Assembly: GCA_963734495.1 (NCBI GenBank)
Contig: CAVTHK010000013.1
Coordinates: forward strand, 416,001-480,000
Source: an uncultured Spirochaetota bacterium
GTDB taxonomy: Bacteria; Spirochaetota; Spirochaetia; SZUA-6; CAVTHK01
Length of the DNA stretch: 64,000 bases
Direction: 5' to 3'
Shown: piece by piece, positions 10,950-21,084 of the stretch
Layout of the letters: each line of letters begins with the position of its first letter
Numbering within the stretch: the first letter of the stretch is position 1
The notes under the pieces: generated by a model
The model's input: only the letters and a program-made list of their open reading frames with translations
What the model was told of the DNA's origin: nothing
The model's database searches: none
Program-made: the position numbers and the translations under genes

Positions 10950-13428
10950 TCAGCGCGCGTCCGCGTCTTCGCGCTGGTGCCGCTGGATCTCCGGCGAGCT
11001 GCGGCAGGTCCCGAACGGGCTCTTCGTGATCCAGTTGTCGACCGGCTCCTTCGCCCTGATCGCCCTCCAGACGTCCTCGAAGCGGATGGGCATGTGCGTG
11101 AGCTCCGCGCCGACCGCCTGCTGGATCGCGTTGCCCAGGGCGGGCGCCACCGAGATCATCGGGTGCTCACCGACGCCGCGCGCGCCGAAGGGGCCGTCGA
11201 GCTGCGGCGTCTCCACCGCGTAGCTCTCGATCTCGAGCGGCATGTCCTTCGCCGTGGGGATCTTGTTGTCGGTAAAGCTCGGGTTCAGGAGGTGCCCCTC
11301 GCGGTCGTAGATGTAGCCCTCGCAGGTCGCGGTCCCGAGGCCCTGGATCATGCCGCCGATCGCCTGGCCGCGCACGACCTCGGGGTTGATCACCTTGCCC
11401 ACGTCGAAGACGCTCGCCACCTTGAGCACGTTGTACTCGCCCGTCTCGGGGTGCACCTCCACGATGACGCCGTGGGCGCCATAGGTCCAGTCGAGCGCGG
11501 GGAGCCCCTGGCCCGTCTCCTTGTCGAGGTTCGTCAGCCCCTGCGCGATGTAGCGGCCCACGCCGATCAGAGGTCCGCCGATCGAGCGGCCGTCGGGGAA
11601 CGGGTAGCCGACGGCCAGCTGCCGGAACGTGACCGACTGCTCCGGGTCGTGGCGCACGTAGACCCGCTCGTCGTCGTGCTCGAGGTCGATCGCGCTCGCG
11701 CGCAGCGCCTGCGCCGCAACATCGAACGCCCGCGCCAGCAGGTCGCGGGCCGCGAGCACCACCGCGTTGCCGCTGAGGATGAGCCCCTTGGAAGCCACCG
11801 TCTGCCAGTCGTAAGGCTCGCGATCGGTGTCTGTTTCGACCGCGATCTTGACCCGCTCGAGCGGAAACCCGAGCGCCTCGGCCGCGATCTGGCGCAGCGC
11901 GGTGTAGCTCCCCTGCCCGATCTCGGTGAGCGCGACGTTCACCATGACCGACGCGTCCTCGTTCATCTTCATGACGACCGCGGTCGCGGTGAACGTGGGC
12001 ATCGCCGGCGCCTTGTGCAGCGCCGCCACCCCCTTGCCGATCTTCCAGCCGGTGCGCTTTTCCCGCGCGCGCTCCTCCGCCGTGAGCCTCCCGTAGCCGA
12101 TCGCCTCGGCGGCCGTGTCGAGGCACTTCGTGACGTTGCCCGTGCTCTCGCGGATGACCTCGCCCGTGAGCGTGACCGAGCCCGGGCGCAGCAGGTTCTT
12201 CCGGCGGAACTCCAGCGGGTCCATGCCGATCGCGTGCGCGACGAGCTCCATGTGGCGCTCGATGCCCCAGTGGAACTCGACGTGGCCGAAGCCGCGGTAG
12301 GCCGTGCCGAACGGCTTGTTGGTGTAGATCGTGTACGCGTCCAGCCAGGCGTTGGGGATCTCGTACGGGCCGGAGCCCGAGTAGCCGGAGGCGCGCGTGA
12401 CGTTCACCGCGTAGTCGGCGTAGGCGCCCGCGTCCCAGTACATGGTCATCGCCTGAGCCAGGATCTTCCCGTCCTTCGACACGCCGGTCTTGATGCGGTA
12501 GGTGAGCCCGCTCCGGCAGGGCAGGAGGCTGAACTCCTCCTCGCGCGTGGCCTGCATCTTGACCGGCCGGCCGCCGGCGCGGCGCGAGAGGACGGCGGCC
12601 AGCGGCTCGACCCCGATGCCGGCCTTGCCGCCGAAGCCGCCGCCGACGTAGGGGACGATCACGCGGACCTGGGAATGCGCGAGGCGGAACGCATGGCAGA
12701 AGAGGTTGCGCACCGTGAACGGGGACTGCGCGCTCGTCCAGATGGTGACCTGGTCGCCGCTCTTCCACTCCACGATCGCGACGTGGGTCTCCATGGGCAC
12801 GTGCTGGACCGAAGGGTTGGTGTACTCGCGCTCGATGATCCACTCGCTCGCGGCAAAGCCCTTCTCCACGTCGCCCTTGCGCAGCTTGGTGTGGTTGCCG
12901 ATGTTGGTGCCCGGCTTCGGGCGTAAAGGCCGGCTTGAAGTACTCGTACTCCCCGAGCTTCGGGTGCACGAGGGGCGCCCCTGGCTTGAGCGCGTCCATG
13001 TGGTGGAGGACCGGCGGCAGCACCTCGTACTCGACGTCGATCAGGTCCACGGCCCGGCGCGCGATCTCCAGGGAGTCCGCCGCGACCGCGGCGACCGCTT
13101 CGCCGTAGTGGCGCACCTCGCCCTTTGCGAGCACGTACTTGTCGACGATGTAGAGGCCGACGCGGATGTCGAGCTCGTCGCCGGTCACGACGGCGCGCAC
13201 TCCCGCGAGCGCTTTCGCGCGGGAAGTGTCGACGCGCACGATGCGCGCCCGCGCGTGCGGGCTCTTCTTGACCTGCGCGTGCAGCATGCCCGGCAGGATC
13301 ATGTCGCTCACGTAGCGGGCGTCGCCGGTGAGCTTCTCGCGCGCGTCCGTGCGGGCCGTCGCCTTGCCGACGTGCCGGAGGGCAGGCGCCGCGGCCGTGG
13401 TTTCGGGGACTTTTCGTGCCCTAGGCAT
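10950..13428 (-). CDS. Xanthine dehydrogenase-family molybdopterin-binding subunit, frameshift near 12915
   Basis: 'KLTGDARYVSD', 'HVPMETH', 'GGGFGGK', 'AYRGFG', 'EIGQGS', 'GARGVGEHP'. Confidence 0.92.
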
Positions 13429-13927
13429 GCTTCAGCTCCCCTTTCGCGCCCGCGCCGGCGGGCGCCCCGCTCATCCGCGCGCTCGCGTCGAGGATCGATT
13501 CGACGATCTGCTGGTAGCCGGTGCAGCGGCAGAAGTTCCCCTCGATCCCCTCGATGACCTGCTCGCGCGTGGGCTTGGGGATGCGGCGCAGCAGGTCCTT
13601 CGCGACCATGATCATGCCGGGAGTGCAGAAGCCGCACTGCACCGCGTGGCCGCGGTCAAAGGCTTTCTGCAGCTCCGAGAGCTCGCCGTCCTTCGCCTCG
13701 CCTTCGATGGTCTCGATCTCCGAGCCGTCGACCTCGGCGGCCAGGACCAGGCAGGAGTTGACGATCCTGCCGTCGAGGATCACGGAGCAGGCGCCGCATT
13801 CGCCGGCGCCGCAGCCTTCCTTCGTGCCTGTCAGGCCCACGTCCTCGCGCAGAAAGTGAAGGAGAGTCCGGTGATCGCTCACGTCCCGCTCGTAGAGCCC
13901 GCCGTTGATCTTTACTCTCACGCGCAT
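13421..13927 (-). CDS. (2Fe-2S)-binding subunit of xanthine dehydrogenase-family enzyme
   Basis: 'GTKEGCGAGECGACSV', 'QCGFCTPG', 'GNFCRCTGY'. Confidence 0.95.
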   Translation of the reverse strand: MRVRVKINGGLYERDVSDHRTLLHFLREDVGLTGTKEGCGAGECGACSVILDGRIVNSCLVLAAEVDGSEIETIEGEAKDGELSELQKAFDRGHAVQCGFCTPGMIMVAKDLLRRIPKPTREQVIEGIEGNFCRCTGYQQIVESILDASARMSGAPAGAGAKGELKHA

Positions 13928-14759
13928 CAGTCGTGCCTCCCGGGAGCGGTGGTCTCGAGCAGCCGCCGGATGAACACGTTGACCATGAACGCGCGGTACT
14001 CCTTTGTGCACCGCACGTCGTCGATCGGGCTGATGCGGGCCTGCGCCTCGGCCTCGATCTCCTCCACGGGCGCGTTTTCGGCGAAGTCCCTGAGGAGCAT
14101 CGGCGTGGGCGCGGCCGACCCGATGGCGAACCTGAGCACGCCGCCTTTCCTGAGCAGGGCCACCGTCACGATGCCAAGATCGTGGCCCTTGATGCGCTTG
14201 AGCTTGAGGTAGCCGCCCGCGGCCGTCCTGCATCTTCGCGGGTACGTAGAATCCTCTCGACGATCTCGTCGGGCGCGAGGACCGTCTTCTTGACGCCCTC
14301 GATGAAGCGCGCGAACGGGACGCGGCGCGAGCCGCGCTTCGACACGATCTCGACCTCCGCCTCGTAGCAGAGCAGCGGCCCGGAAAGGTCGCCGCACGGC
14401 GAGGCGGTGACGATGTTGCCGGCGACGGTGGCGCGGTTGCGCAGCGCGTGGGTGGCAAGCTCTGACGCGGCGGTATGGAGAAGCTGGTAGTGGCGGCTCA
14501 CGGCCTCGAGCGCGAGCAGCTCGCCCACCGTGACGCAGCCGCCGATCGAGAGGCCCTGCTTCGCGTCGTAGCCCAGCTCGCGCAGCGGCGCGATCCCCTT
14601 GAGGTCGACGACCACCTCGGGGCTGCCAAGCCCCGCCCGCAGCTCGACGAGCAGGTCGGTGCCGCCCGCGAGCGGCCGCGCACGCGGGCCGCTCGCGGCG
14701 AGCAGATCGAGCGCCTCCTCGAGCCGCGCGGGACGCCGATACGTGAACGAGCTCAGCAT
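13927..14759 (-). CDS. FAD-binding subunit of xanthine dehydrogenase-family enzyme, frameshift near 14230
   Basis: 'LAGGTDL', 'RNRATVAGN', 'SPIDDVRCTKEYR'. Confidence 0.9.
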
Positions 14760-14807
14760 GCCTGCACCTCGCTCAGCTCCGGCCGCATCCGCCGGCCGGA
14801 AGGCTCG

Positions 14808-14837
14808 ATTCTAGGTTCCGGCCCTTTCGCCTGTCAA
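14808..14837 (-). promoter_or_regulatory. Near-consensus sigma70 promoter TTGACA-N18-TAGAAT for the molybdoenzyme operon
   Basis: tgtcaa at 14832-14837 and attcta at 14808-14813 on the plus strand. Confidence 0.7.
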
Positions 14838-14932
14838 GAAGAGCGCCGGTGCTCTCCGGTGCTCGGCCCGGCGCGGCGCCCGCCCTCGTCCGCCCTTGCG
14901 CGCCGTGAGCGCGCGCTCTATCCTCCGCGGGC

Positions 14933-15500
14933 ATGGCCGACGTGGACTGCGTGCTGCTCGCCGCGGGCGCCTCGGTGCGCATGGGGCGCTGGAAGCCGCT
15001 GCTGCCGTGGCGCGGCGCCACGGTCGTGGAGGCGAGCGTCGCCGCGGCCCTCGGCGCCTGCTCGCGGGTGCTGCTCGTCGTCGGCCACCGCGGCGACGAG
15101 CTCGGCCGGCTCTTCGCCGGCCGCGAGCGCGTGGAGATCGTGCACAACCCCCGGTACGTCGCGGGCCTCTTCTCTTCGATCAGGACAGGGGTCGAGCGCG
15201 TGCGCTCGCCGCGGTTCTTCATCGCGCTGGCCGACATGCCGCTGGTGAAGCCCGAGCACTACCTCCGCGCTCCTCGCGGGGTCCGAAGCAGATGCCGTCC
15301 GGCCGGTCTACCGGGGCACGCGGGGCCATCCGGTCCTGCTGTCCGCGCGGGTCATCCCGCTGATCCAGGCGGAGAGCGAGGACAGCACCATGAGAAACGT
15401 CCTGGCCCGCGTCGAATGCCGGGACGTGCCGGTCGACGACCCCGGAGCGGTGCTCGACCTCGACGAGCCGGATGACTACGACCGGCTCTCCCGTCTCTGA
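14933..15500 (+). CDS. mocA: Molybdenum cofactor cytidylyltransferase (MocA-like nucleotidyltransferase), frameshifted
   Basis: 'VLLAAGASVRMGRWKPLL', 'ALADMP', then 'GHPVLL' and 'DLDEPDDY' in a shifted frame; divergent from the molybdoenzyme genes. Confidence 0.8.
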
Positions 15501-15654
15501 CGGGCGGTTACCGTATCTTTCCGACACACCCATGCGCCGAATTGGCTTCACTGACTCGAATTGACACAATTTGCCGGTCGCGCCAGAAGATCCCCCGATG
15601 GCCGCCTTCAGCTTAATTCCTTTCATAAAAAGGGCTTAGTCGCAGGATGCAAAT

Positions 15655-15671
15655 TTGGCATGTTGCCTGCA
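15655..15671 (+). promoter_or_regulatory. Sigma-54 (-24/-12) promoter upstream of hsp20
   Basis: TTGGCATGTTGCCTGCA has exact GG-N10-GC spacing. Confidence 0.65.
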
Positions 15672-15714
15672 TATACGTTTCCGGCAGACAACAGGAACTG
15701 CAGGAGGTACTGAA

Positions 15715-16142
15715 ATGACGAGCCTTGTGACCTATCGCCCCACTTCGATTCTGGCCAACATGGAGCGGGCGCTGGACAGCCTTTTCGACGACGGCTTCTT
15801 CGCGACCGAGAGCGGCGGCACCCGCGTCGACGTGCGCGAGGAGGAGGGCCGCTACGTGCTCGAGGCGGAGCTTCCCGGGCTGACCGAGAAAGACCTCGAA
15901 GTCAAGGTCGAGAACGACATGCTGACCCTGGCTTCCAGGAGCGAGACCGCGCGCGAGGAGAAGCGCAACGGGTACCTGCTCCGCGAGCGGAGCGCCCGCA
16001 GCTTCCGCCGCAGCTTCGTGCTGCCGCGCGACGTCGACCGCGAGCACATCCAGGCGCGGCTCGAGAACGGGCTGCTGGACCATGGAGCTGCCCGAAGACC
16101 GAGGCCGCCAGGCCGCGGCAGATCGAGGTGAAGAAGGCGTAA
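15715..16142 (+). CDS. Hsp20/alpha-crystallin small heat shock protein, frameshift near the C-terminus
   Basis: AGGAGG RBS; 'VDVREE', 'AELPGL', 'ERSARSFRRSFVLP', 'ENGLL', C-terminal 'RQIEVKK'. Confidence 0.93.
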
Positions 16143-16203
16143 GCGGAGAGCCTCGCCCTCCGACGCGATTGCGAAAAGTGCATCAAAGAAAGTAATGGTG
16201 AAG

Positions 16204-16234
16204 GGCCCCGGCCGACGCCGGGGCCTCTGTTTCT
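16204..16234 (+). terminator. Intrinsic terminator after hsp20
   Basis: GGCCCCGGC-CGAC-GCCGGGGCC stem followed by TCTGTTTCT. Confidence 0.7.
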
Positions 16235-16322
16235 GGTGAGGGCGTCGGGTCGGTGGTGGGGCGGCGAGTGGGCACGCCGGCGATGCCCGAGGTATACTCG
16301 CGGCCGAAAGGCCGCCTTCCAG

Positions 16323-17258
16323 ATGACAAAAATGCGACTGCGCACTCTGTTCACCGCGATCCTGCTGGGGCTCGGCGCCGTGGCGGCGCCGTGGGCGCGC
16401 GGGACCGCGGACGCGGCCGAATGCCGGCCGCGGTTCACGGTCCCGCCGCGCGAGACCGGCACCGCCTATCTCGACTTCGCCGCCGCGGGGGACACCGGAT
16501 CGGGCAATGCCCGCCAGGCCGCGGTCGCGGCCTCGATGGCCGCGTACTCGTCGTCGAACCCGCTCGCTTTCGTGCTGCTGCTCGGCGACAACTTCTACGA
16601 GGACGGCGTCAAGTCCACCACCGACCCGCAGTGGCAGACCAAGTTCGAAAAGATGTACGACGCCGCGGCGCTGAACGTGCCGTTCTACGCGGTCCTCGGC
16701 AACCACGACTACAGGGAGAACGCGGAAGCTCAGGTCGACTACACAAAGGCCGCGCCGGGCTCGCGCTGGAGAATGCCCGCCCGCTACTACGGCGTGGGCT
16801 GCACGCTCGCCGACGGCTCGACCGTCGACCTGTTCGGGCTGGACACGAGCACCTGGGTCTCGGACGCCGCGCAGCGCCAATGGCTCGACCGGGCGCTGGA
16901 CGCGTCGACGGCCCGCTGGAAGATCGTGTTCGGCCATCACCCCGTGTACAGCAACGGGCACCACGGCAACAGCGCCGGCCTGATCGAGGCGCTGGCGCCC
17001 ATCCTCGCTCACCGCGCGGACGTCTACATCTCGGGGCACGACCACGACCTGCAGGTGCTGCAGCCCCAGGGCGGCGTCCGCTACCTGGTGAGCGGCGCCG
17101 GCTCGCGCCTCAGGCGGACCGGGTGCCGCGACGACACGTTGTACGCCGCGAGCAGGCTGGGGTTCACGGCCTTTCGCGTCTCGCGGCGCGAGATGTCGAT
17201 CTTCGTCGTCCTCGAAGGCGGCGCGGTCGACTACTGCCTTACGATCAGCAAGCCCTGA
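16323..17258 (+). CDS. Exported metallophosphoesterase (purple/tartrate-resistant acid phosphatase-like)
   Basis: Signal peptide; GDTG, GDNFY, GNHD, GHHP and GHDH motifs. Confidence 0.9.
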   Translation: MTKMRLRTLFTAILLGLGAVAAPWARGTADAAECRPRFTVPPRETGTAYLDFAAAGDTGSGNARQAAVAASMAAYSSSNPLAFVLLLGDNFYEDGVKSTTDPQWQTKFEKMYDAAALNVPFYAVLGNHDYRENAEAQVDYTKAAPGSRWRMPARYYGVGCTLADGSTVDLFGLDTSTWVSDAAQRQWLDRALDASTARWKIVFGHHPVYSNGHHGNSAGLIEALAPILAHRADVYISGHDHDLQVLQPQGGVRYLVSGAGSRLRRTGCRDDTLYAASRLGFTAFRVSRREMSIFVVLEGGAVDYCLTISKP

Positions 17259-17422
17259 CGCGGGCGCGCGCTCAACCCGCGGCAGCGAGGCGCCCCGTCC
17301 TCGCGCGCCCTTCGACACCTGTAACGGCCCGTGAAACATCCGCGGAACGGTCGCGCAACGTCCCTCCCCTATGCTGACCGTGTCCCTTGAGGGACGCGGA
17401 ATCTGCGGGGCAGGAGGGCCGT

Positions 17423-17899
17423 ATGAAGACGACACGGCTTCTGGCGTCGTGCCTGCTGGTCGTGCTTGCGCTGCTCGCGGGCTGCGCGACGACGGGCAAG
17501 GGGAATCCGGACGAGTTCGCGGCGTTCGTGAAGTCGACCTGGGACAAGTACAGCGCGTACATGGTCGCGGGGGACGCCGAGAACTGGATCGCGCTCTGGG
17601 ACGAGGAGGGCGTGCAGCTCCCGCCGGGCGCGCCGATGGTGGTCGGCAAGCCGGCCATCAGGAAGGCGATCGACGCGTCGTATGGGTCCATGAACTGGCA
17701 GACCTTCGTGATCCAGGTCTCCGGCACGTTCGTGGATCACGATCTCGGCTTCGCCTACGGCAACTACAAGTTCACGGTGCAACCCAAAGCGGGCGGGCCG
17801 AAGGTCCTCGGGGACGGGAAGTACGAGACGATCTTCAGGAAGCAGGCGGACGGCTCCTGGAGGATCTTCCGCGACTGCTTCAACTCCAACGTGCCGTAG
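17423..17899 (+). CDS. DUF4440 / SnoaL-like NTF2-fold lipoprotein
   Basis: Lipobox LAGC; 'GKYETIFRKQADGSWRI' typical of DUF4440. Confidence 0.8.
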   Translation: MKTTRLLASCLLVVLALLAGCATTGKGNPDEFAAFVKSTWDKYSAYMVAGDAENWIALWDEEGVQLPPGAPMVVGKPAIRKAIDASYGSMNWQTFVIQVSGTFVDHDLGFAYGNYKFTVQPKAGGPKVLGDGKYETIFRKQADGSWRIFRDCFNSNVP

Positions 17900-18049
17900 G
17901 CCGGAGCGCGCGGCCTCGGGCCGACGATCGTTCGCGGCGAGCCCCGCCAGCGTGTCGGGCCGGCGGGGCTGCCGTGTCCCGCGCTGAGAGTCGCGGGGAG
18001 ACTGCCGTTTGCACTATGATCGGGGGAGAATCCGCGAACGGAGTCGGCC

Positions 18050-18446
18050 ATGGAAGAGATTGAAGTGATCTGGCGGGCGTACGAGAAGTCGCGTGATGGA
18101 ATCCGACATCGAGAGGTGGATTTCGCTCTGGGACGCCGAGGGCGTGCAGCTCCCGCCCGATGCGCCGGCCCTTCACGGGACCGCCGAGATCCGGTCCGTG
18201 ATCGGACCGTGGATGGCGAAGAACAGGGCGAGGATGAGCAGCATCCGGGCCGTCATCACGAGCGAGGAGACGCAGGCCTCCGGCAACTGGGCCTTCTCGA
18301 GCGGCTCGTACACCTTTTGGATGCAGCCCCGGTCCGGCGGTCCGCCCGAGATCACCGACGGCAAGTTCCTCACGGTGTTCCGCAGGCAGCCCGACGGGTC
18401 GTGGAAGATCCGGCGGGACTGCTTCAACTCGAACGTCCCCCGATAG
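18050..18446 (+). CDS. DUF4440 / SnoaL-like NTF2-fold protein (cytoplasmic paralogue), frameshift near 18092
   Basis: 'WISLWDAEGVQLPP', 'GKFLTVFRRQPDGSWKIRRDCFNSN'. Confidence 0.8.
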
Positions 18447-18491
18447 CGCGGCCGGGTGCGGGCTGCGGCGCCGGGCGCCGTCGGGCGCCGG

Positions 18492-19724
18492 CTACCTGGG
18501 CGCGGCCGCCGCTTCGCGCGCTCGCGCCGGCGCCGGCAGCGTCATCGCGAACACCGACGAGCAGAGCCCGAAGAACGCGGCGATGCTGAAGAGCGCCGCG
18601 GTCCCGAGCACCTCCCAGAGCAGCCCGCCCGCCACCGCGATCACGATGCTCACGAGGTGGTTGATCGAGGTGCCGGTCGACAGCGTCGAGGTCACCTCGT
18701 CCTGGCTCGCCGAAAGCGACTTGACGTAGAGCGCCCTCGCCATGCCCACGGCAAAGAGCAGCGCGTCGATCACGAAGACGATGCTCGTGACCGCGTAGGC
18801 GACCGGCTGCGGGAGCACGCGCCCGGCGAACCCGTAGCAGAGGCAGACCGGGATCTGCAGCAGCGCGTCGATCACGATGATCTTCTTGTAGCCGACGCGG
18901 TCCATGAGCCTGCCGAGCGCGGGCCCGAAGGCGATGTTGCCCAGCGACGTGATCCCATTGAGCGAGGAGATGAGGGCGGGCCCGGCCCCGTAGCTCATGA
19001 TGAGCACGTAGGGGGCGAACGTGAAGAACACCTGCTTGCGCGCTCCGAAGAAGGTCTCGAGCAGGTAGTACTTGAGGAACTTCCGCTGGAACGTCAGGCG
19101 CTCGCGCCGGACGTAGCCCCCGCGGTCCTTGAGCGCGGTAAAGAGCAGCAGCGCGGCCGCGAGAACCAGCGCGCCCGCGGTGAAGATCGCGGCGTACGGC
19201 GCGAACGCACCGGCGCGAGGCCACGCGACGCCCACGAGGAGCAGCAGGAGCGGCACGAGGTAGTAGCCGGTGACCGTGCCCACGTTGCTCAGGCTGCTGA
19301 CCCCTCCCATGGCGAGCCCCTCCTGGCCGGGGTCCGCGATGTGGATGGCCATCGACTGCCGCAGCGGCATCAGCAGGTGCTCGCCGGTGCTCCAGAGCAC
19401 GATCAGGATCACGGCCGGCGCGCGGACCGTGCCGGTGAGGGCGAGCCCGACGAGGCCGACCAGAGACACGAGGAGCGCGACGTACATGATGCGCAGCTCC
19501 GACAGGCGGTAAAGCGCGGCCACCAGCACGAACAGCAGCAGCCCCGGCAGCTCCCTCGGGAACTCGACGATCCCGCGCTCGACGCGGGTGATCTTGAGGA
19601 TGTCGTAGAGGTAGTTGTTCAGGACGCCATTGAACAGCCCGGCGGCGATCCCGAAGATCATCATGCCGGACAGGAATATCCGCGTCTCGGGTTTCTCGAG
19701 GAGCGGCTTGAAGCGGCGCAGCAT
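18492..19724 (-). CDS. MFS transporter
   Basis: 410 aa with about 12 hydrophobic segments; 'GRLMDRVGYKK' MFS loop motif. Confidence 0.85.
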   Translation of the reverse strand: MLRRFKPLLEKPETRIFLSGMMIFGIAAGLFNGVLNNYLYDILKITRVERGIVEFPRELPGLLLFVLVAALYRLSELRIMYVALLVSLVGLVGLALTGTVRAPAVILIVLWSTGEHLLMPLRQSMAIHIADPGQEGLAMGGVSSLSNVGTVTGYYLVPLLLLLVGVAWPRAGAFAPYAAIFTAGALVLAAALLLFTALKDRGGYVRRERLTFQRKFLKYYLLETFFGARKQVFFTFAPYVLIMSYGAGPALISSLNGITSLGNIAFGPALGRLMDRVGYKKIIVIDALLQIPVCLCYGFAGRVLPQPVAYAVTSIVFVIDALLFAVGMARALYVKSLSASQDEVTSTLSTGTSINHLVSIVIAVAGGLLWEVLGTAALFSIAAFFGLCSSVFAMTLPAPARAREAAAAPR

Positions 19725-19737
19725 TTCGACCTCGGCC

Positions 19738-21055
19738 TCAGAGCCGCACGCCGGACTCGCGCAGGCGCGTCTGGATCTCCGCGACGTCGAGGGAGCGCGG
19801 CTCGACGCCCTTGCGCGCCGCCAGCGCCGCAGCCGTGCCCGCGGCCTGACCGAGGTCCATCATGTTGCCCATGCTCTTGCCCGCGGCCTGACCGAGCTGG
19901 GTCGTGGACGCGCAGCGGCCCGCCACCAGCAGCCCGTCGATGCGGCGCGGCAGCAGCGAGCGGTACGGGTAGGCGTGCCCGGACTTCATCGCGCCGCGCA
20001 GGTCCTTTCCGGTCTTGAGCCCTCCCGGGATCCACGGCGCCGTAGCGGCGCGCGACGCGGTCCGGGAACTCCGGCCCCGCAGCCGCGTCCTCGAGCGTGA
20101 GCACGTACTCGCCGACGATCCTGCGCGTCTCGCGCACGCCGACGGCAGCGCCGGTGCGCACGAGCGAGCAGCGCTCCAGCCCCGGCAGCCGCTGCGCGCG
20201 CGCGAAGCGGGCAAAGTCGATCGCGACCCGGATGTCGGCGCGCTCGGCGATCGTGAGGTCCGCGGGGTCCGCGCCGTCGATGATGCCGATGTCCTTCATC
20301 CCGCCGTTGTTCACGGACACGACCCCGGGGACCGTCGTGCGGTCAAAGGAGTACCACTCCGAGACGGTGTAGCCCTCGCGCTCGGCCCGCGCGATCGCGG
20401 CCTGCAGCGGCTCCCTGCCGGCGGCGATCCATGCGAAGAGCCGCTCCTCGTCGACGCCGGCCAGCGCGAAGCCCAGGGTCACGGGCATGAAGCGGCCGTC
20501 CTCGCCTCCCGCGGCCATCTCCGCGCCGGCGAGCATCGCGACGTCGCCGTCGCCGGTCGCATCGACGGTGACCACCGCGCGGAACTCGTGCCGCGCGCCC
20601 TTGAAGCTCGTGGCCACGCCGACCACGCGATCGCCCGTCTTGAGGACTTCGGTCACGGGGCTGTAGAGGCGATAGGCGCACCCGTGCTCCTCGAGCAGCT
20701 CGAAGACGGCGAGCCTGAGGAAGTCAGGGTGAATATGAAGGCCGTCGCCGTCCACCCACGTCCGCTTGCCTTCGCGGCTCGCCTCCTCGCCGAAAGAGCG
20801 CACCTTGGCCACGAAGAGCTCGTGCACGCCGCCGCGGCTGCCGCCGTCGAGCAGGAGCCGGTTCATCGGCATCCACAGCGAGGTCGACGCGACGCCGCCG
20901 AAGCAGCTCCTCGCCTCCAGCAGCAGCGTGCGCGCGCCCATGCGCGCGGCCGCGACGGCCGCCCCGATCCCCGCGGGCCCGCCGCCGGCGACGACCACGT
21001 CGTAGTCCGCGGACCCGCGCGGGACGCTCCGCTCGACCTCTGCCCGTTTCACCAT
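19738..21055 (-). CDS. FAD-dependent oxidoreductase (FAD_oxidored family), frameshift near 20025
   Basis: 'VVVAGGGPAG', 'VDATGDGDVA', 'GVRETRRIVGEY', 'PYRSLLPR', 'LLVAGRCAS', 'GQAAGTAAAL'. Confidence 0.88.
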
Positions 21056-21084
21056 GTTCCGCTCCTTCTGCGCGCGCCCGGGGC

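Noticed and set aside
10950-14759. Aerobic CO dehydrogenase (coxMSL)
   Set aside because: The active-site loop is AYRGFG, not the form I AYxCSFR.
15500-15715. CIRCE (HrcA) operator upstream of hsp20
   Set aside because: No TTAGCACTC-N9-GAGTGCTAA match was found.
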